Assembly (NCBI GenBank): GCA_963737265.1
Contig: CAVTRY010000021.1
Coordinates: 32,001 to 96,000 of the forward strand
Direction of reading: 5' to 3'
Source of the DNA: an uncultured delta proteobacterium
GTDB taxonomy: Bacteria; Myxococcota_A; Polyangia; Fen-1088
Length of the DNA: 64,000 nucleotides
Numbering within the stretch: the first letter of the stretch is position 1; each line of letters opens with the position of its first letter. Both the position numbers and the translations under genes were made by a program. Of this stretch, positions 62,042-64,000 are shown piece after piece. The notes under the pieces were generated by a model that worked only from the letters and a program-made list of their open reading frames with translations, was not told the origin of the DNA and ran no database searches.

Positions 62042-62150
62042 AGGTGCCTCCTGCCCGCTTGCGGGCTTGGAGGTCTACCTCACGGTCACCGTCGCGCCTC
62101 AAAGCGGGGCGACGTAGCTGTCGTCTTTGGGGAGATGTAATTGTCGCTCA

Positions 62151-63182
62151 GCACTTCAGGCTCGCCTCGACGGTCGAATCCATCCACGCGCTGCCCGCTT
62201 GCGAAATGTACAACGTCGACGCCGAGGAGTCGCTCTGGGAATAGACCTTGGTGCCATCAGAGGCGGGGCTGAAATTCTGAATCGGGCCCTGGCGCACGGT
62301 CCACGCTCCCGTGCCGTTCTCGAAGTTGTCGCAGAAGGCCCACGAGCCCACGCAGGGATTGGGGATTGTGGTGACGTTGGTAACCGTGGTCGTATTGGTC
62401 ACCGTGCTGGTCAAAACGCCGGTCTTGGTGCCCGTCGCCGTGGTGGTTTGCGTCTGCGTGGTCGAATTGGTATCGGTCTGAACCTGCGTGTAGGTTCCGG
62501 TACCGGTTGCAGTGTGGGAATTCGTGCCCGTGCCGGTATTGGTAACCGTGGTCGTGTTCGTCGTAGTGATGGTGTTGGTTATGGTTCGGGTCAGCGTGCT
62601 GGTCTTGATGGTGCCAGTGGCCGTGCTGGTGTGGGTGGCGGTTGCGGTTACCGTGCTGGTGGCGGTCGAGGAGCTGGTCCCGGTGCTGGTGGTGGAATTC
62701 GTCACGGTCACCGTGGGAACGACGGTATACGTTTGGGCCGTGGTCCCGCTCGCCGTGGCGGTGCCGCTGGCTGTGCCGGTCGTTGAGCCAGTCTGCGTGG
62801 CGGTTCCTGTCGCTGTCAGGGTCAGGTGCCCCGTAACCGTCGTCGTGCCCGTGAGCGTCCCGGTCAGAGTCCTGGTCCCCGTGCCGGTGCCAGTGCCAAG
62901 ATAGCTTCCGGTCCAGGTGGCGGTTCCCGTCGCGGTCTTCGTCCCCGACACCGCGCCGCTGCTGGTCTGGGTTCCAGTCTTGGTGCCGGTAAAGGTGAGC
63001 GTCAGCGTCCCGGTTGCCGTGTAACTCTTGCTGCCAGTTGCGGTCTGCGTCTTGGTCAGCGTGCTCGACCCGGTCGCGGTTTGGGTTGCGGTCGAGGTTG
63101 TGGTGTTGGTCACAGTCTTGGTGACCGTGTTGGTAACTGTGTTGGTGACCGTGGTCGTGGTGGTCAGGGTTTGCGTTCGCAC
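62151..63182 (-). pseudogene. 5' fragment of the large modular gene: ~280-aa Thr-rich (TxT) tract and start of lectin-like domain
   Basis: GGAGG-N7-GTG start; alternating Thr; FCDNFENG...W domain start; cut by IS21. Confidence 0.75.
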
Positions 63183-63184
63183 AT

Positions 63185-63246
63185 GATTTCCTCCAGCGCG
63201 TCGCGTGGCAGCGTCGCGCTGATGGTGCGCGAATTTTGCCCGCGGG
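63185..63246. repeat. diverged copy of the 3' end of the 35831 gene
   Basis: Reads DFLQRVAWQ..SR* versus DLLQRIAWQASH*. Confidence 0.85.
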
Positions 63247-63264
63247 ATGGTACAAACAGCGCGC

Positions 63265-64000
63265 ATGTTTGGACCCAAGTTTCTCCGAAATGAAGCAGTG
63301 ACACCGGCGCCGGCCGGAACGCGGCCACGCGTGGCGGCCTACGATCTCGGCTCCAATTCGTTTCACTTGTTGGTCGCCGAGGCCGATGGCGCGGGGGGCT
63401 TGGTGGAGCTTGCGCGCGGGCAAGAGATGGTGCGCTTGGGCGAGGAATCTCTGCGCGACGGCATCATCCCCTTTTCGACCTTCCAGCGCGGTCTCGACGG
63501 ACTGCTCAAGCTACGCAAGATCGCCGACGGCTTCATGCCCGAAAGCACCATCGCGGTGGCCACCAGCGCGATCCGCGAGGCGCGCAACGGCGCGGATTTC
63601 GTCAGCACCGTGGCGCGCGAAGTTGGCCTGCAGGTGGAAGTTCTCGACCCGGTCAGGGAAACCACGCTGATTTACTGGGGCGCGCGCCAGGCCCTCGATC
63701 TTGGCGCAAACAAGTTCGCGCTTGTCGACGTTGGTGGCGGCTCGATCAAGGCGCTGGTCGGCAATGCCAAGGAATGCCTGTTCGCGACCTCGCTACGCAT
63801 GGGGGTGCTGCGTCTGCGCGACGAGTACAACTGCAACAACATTCGCAGCCGCGCCGACCTGCTCACCGCCGAGACACGCGTGCGCGCCGCGGTTCAGCCC
63901 GCGGTGATGCAGATGTTGAAGGTCGGCTTCGATTTCGTCACCTTCACCTCGGGCACGGCGCTGGCGCTGGCCCGCATGGCCGAAGGCAGTAGCGAAAAAG
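63265..64000 (+). CDS. ppx: Ppx/GppA exopolyphosphatase (runs off the window)
   Basis: YDLGSNSFHLLV, VRLGE, VATSAIREARNG, VDVGGGS, TSGT. Confidence 0.9.
   Translation, partial: MFGPKFLRNEAVTPAPAGTRPRVAAYDLGSNSFHLLVAEADGAGGLVELARGQEMVRLGEESLRDGIIPFSTFQRGLDGLLKLRKIADGFMPESTIAVATSAIREARNGADFVSTVAREVGLQVEVLDPVRETTLIYWGARQALDLGANKFALVDVGGGSIKALVGNAKECLFATSLRMGVLRLRDEYNCNNIRSRADLLTAETRVRAAVQPAVMQMLKVGFDFVTFTSGTALALARMAEGSSEK

Larger units (their letters stand above)
59665..62150 (-). mobile_element. IS21-family insertion sequence
   Basis: TG...CA ends: TGAGCGACAATTACATCTCCCC vs TGGACGTCAACTACATTCACCC, each with a second internal repeat; istA-istB. Confidence 0.92.

Overview
High-GC bacterial DNA (roughly two-thirds GC by eye). 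It is most likely from a myxobacterium (Myxococcota), inferred from a TIGR02266-type PilZ protein, an elbD-type ether-lipid cluster and Cys-rich secreted repeats. Housekeeping genes (ybeY, phoH, mazG, pgpA, mtnA, mtnP, tsaC, rpiA, rnhA, osmC, ppx) are mixed with accessory modules: a TonB receptor/YfiR/hybrid-kinase signalling set, an ECF sigma-FecR locus flanked by c-type cytochrome lipoproteins, and an elb-like lipid operon. The strongest hidden structure is a pair of inverted, near-identical 1491-bp ISL3 copies (33486-34976 and 57217-58707) whose flanks are swapped. Flipping the 22.2-kb segment between them rejoins (i) a CTAG-ended palindromic MITE and (ii) one large modular gene of about 920 codons (TxT-rich tract, lectin-like domain, Cys-rich repeats, Vgb-like propeller). 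That gene is also interrupted by an IS21 and is bracketed by a ~63-bp duplication of the 3' end of a neighbouring gene. Several isolated 1-bp frameshifts suggest indel errors or decay. No rRNA, tRNA or CRISPR array was seen.
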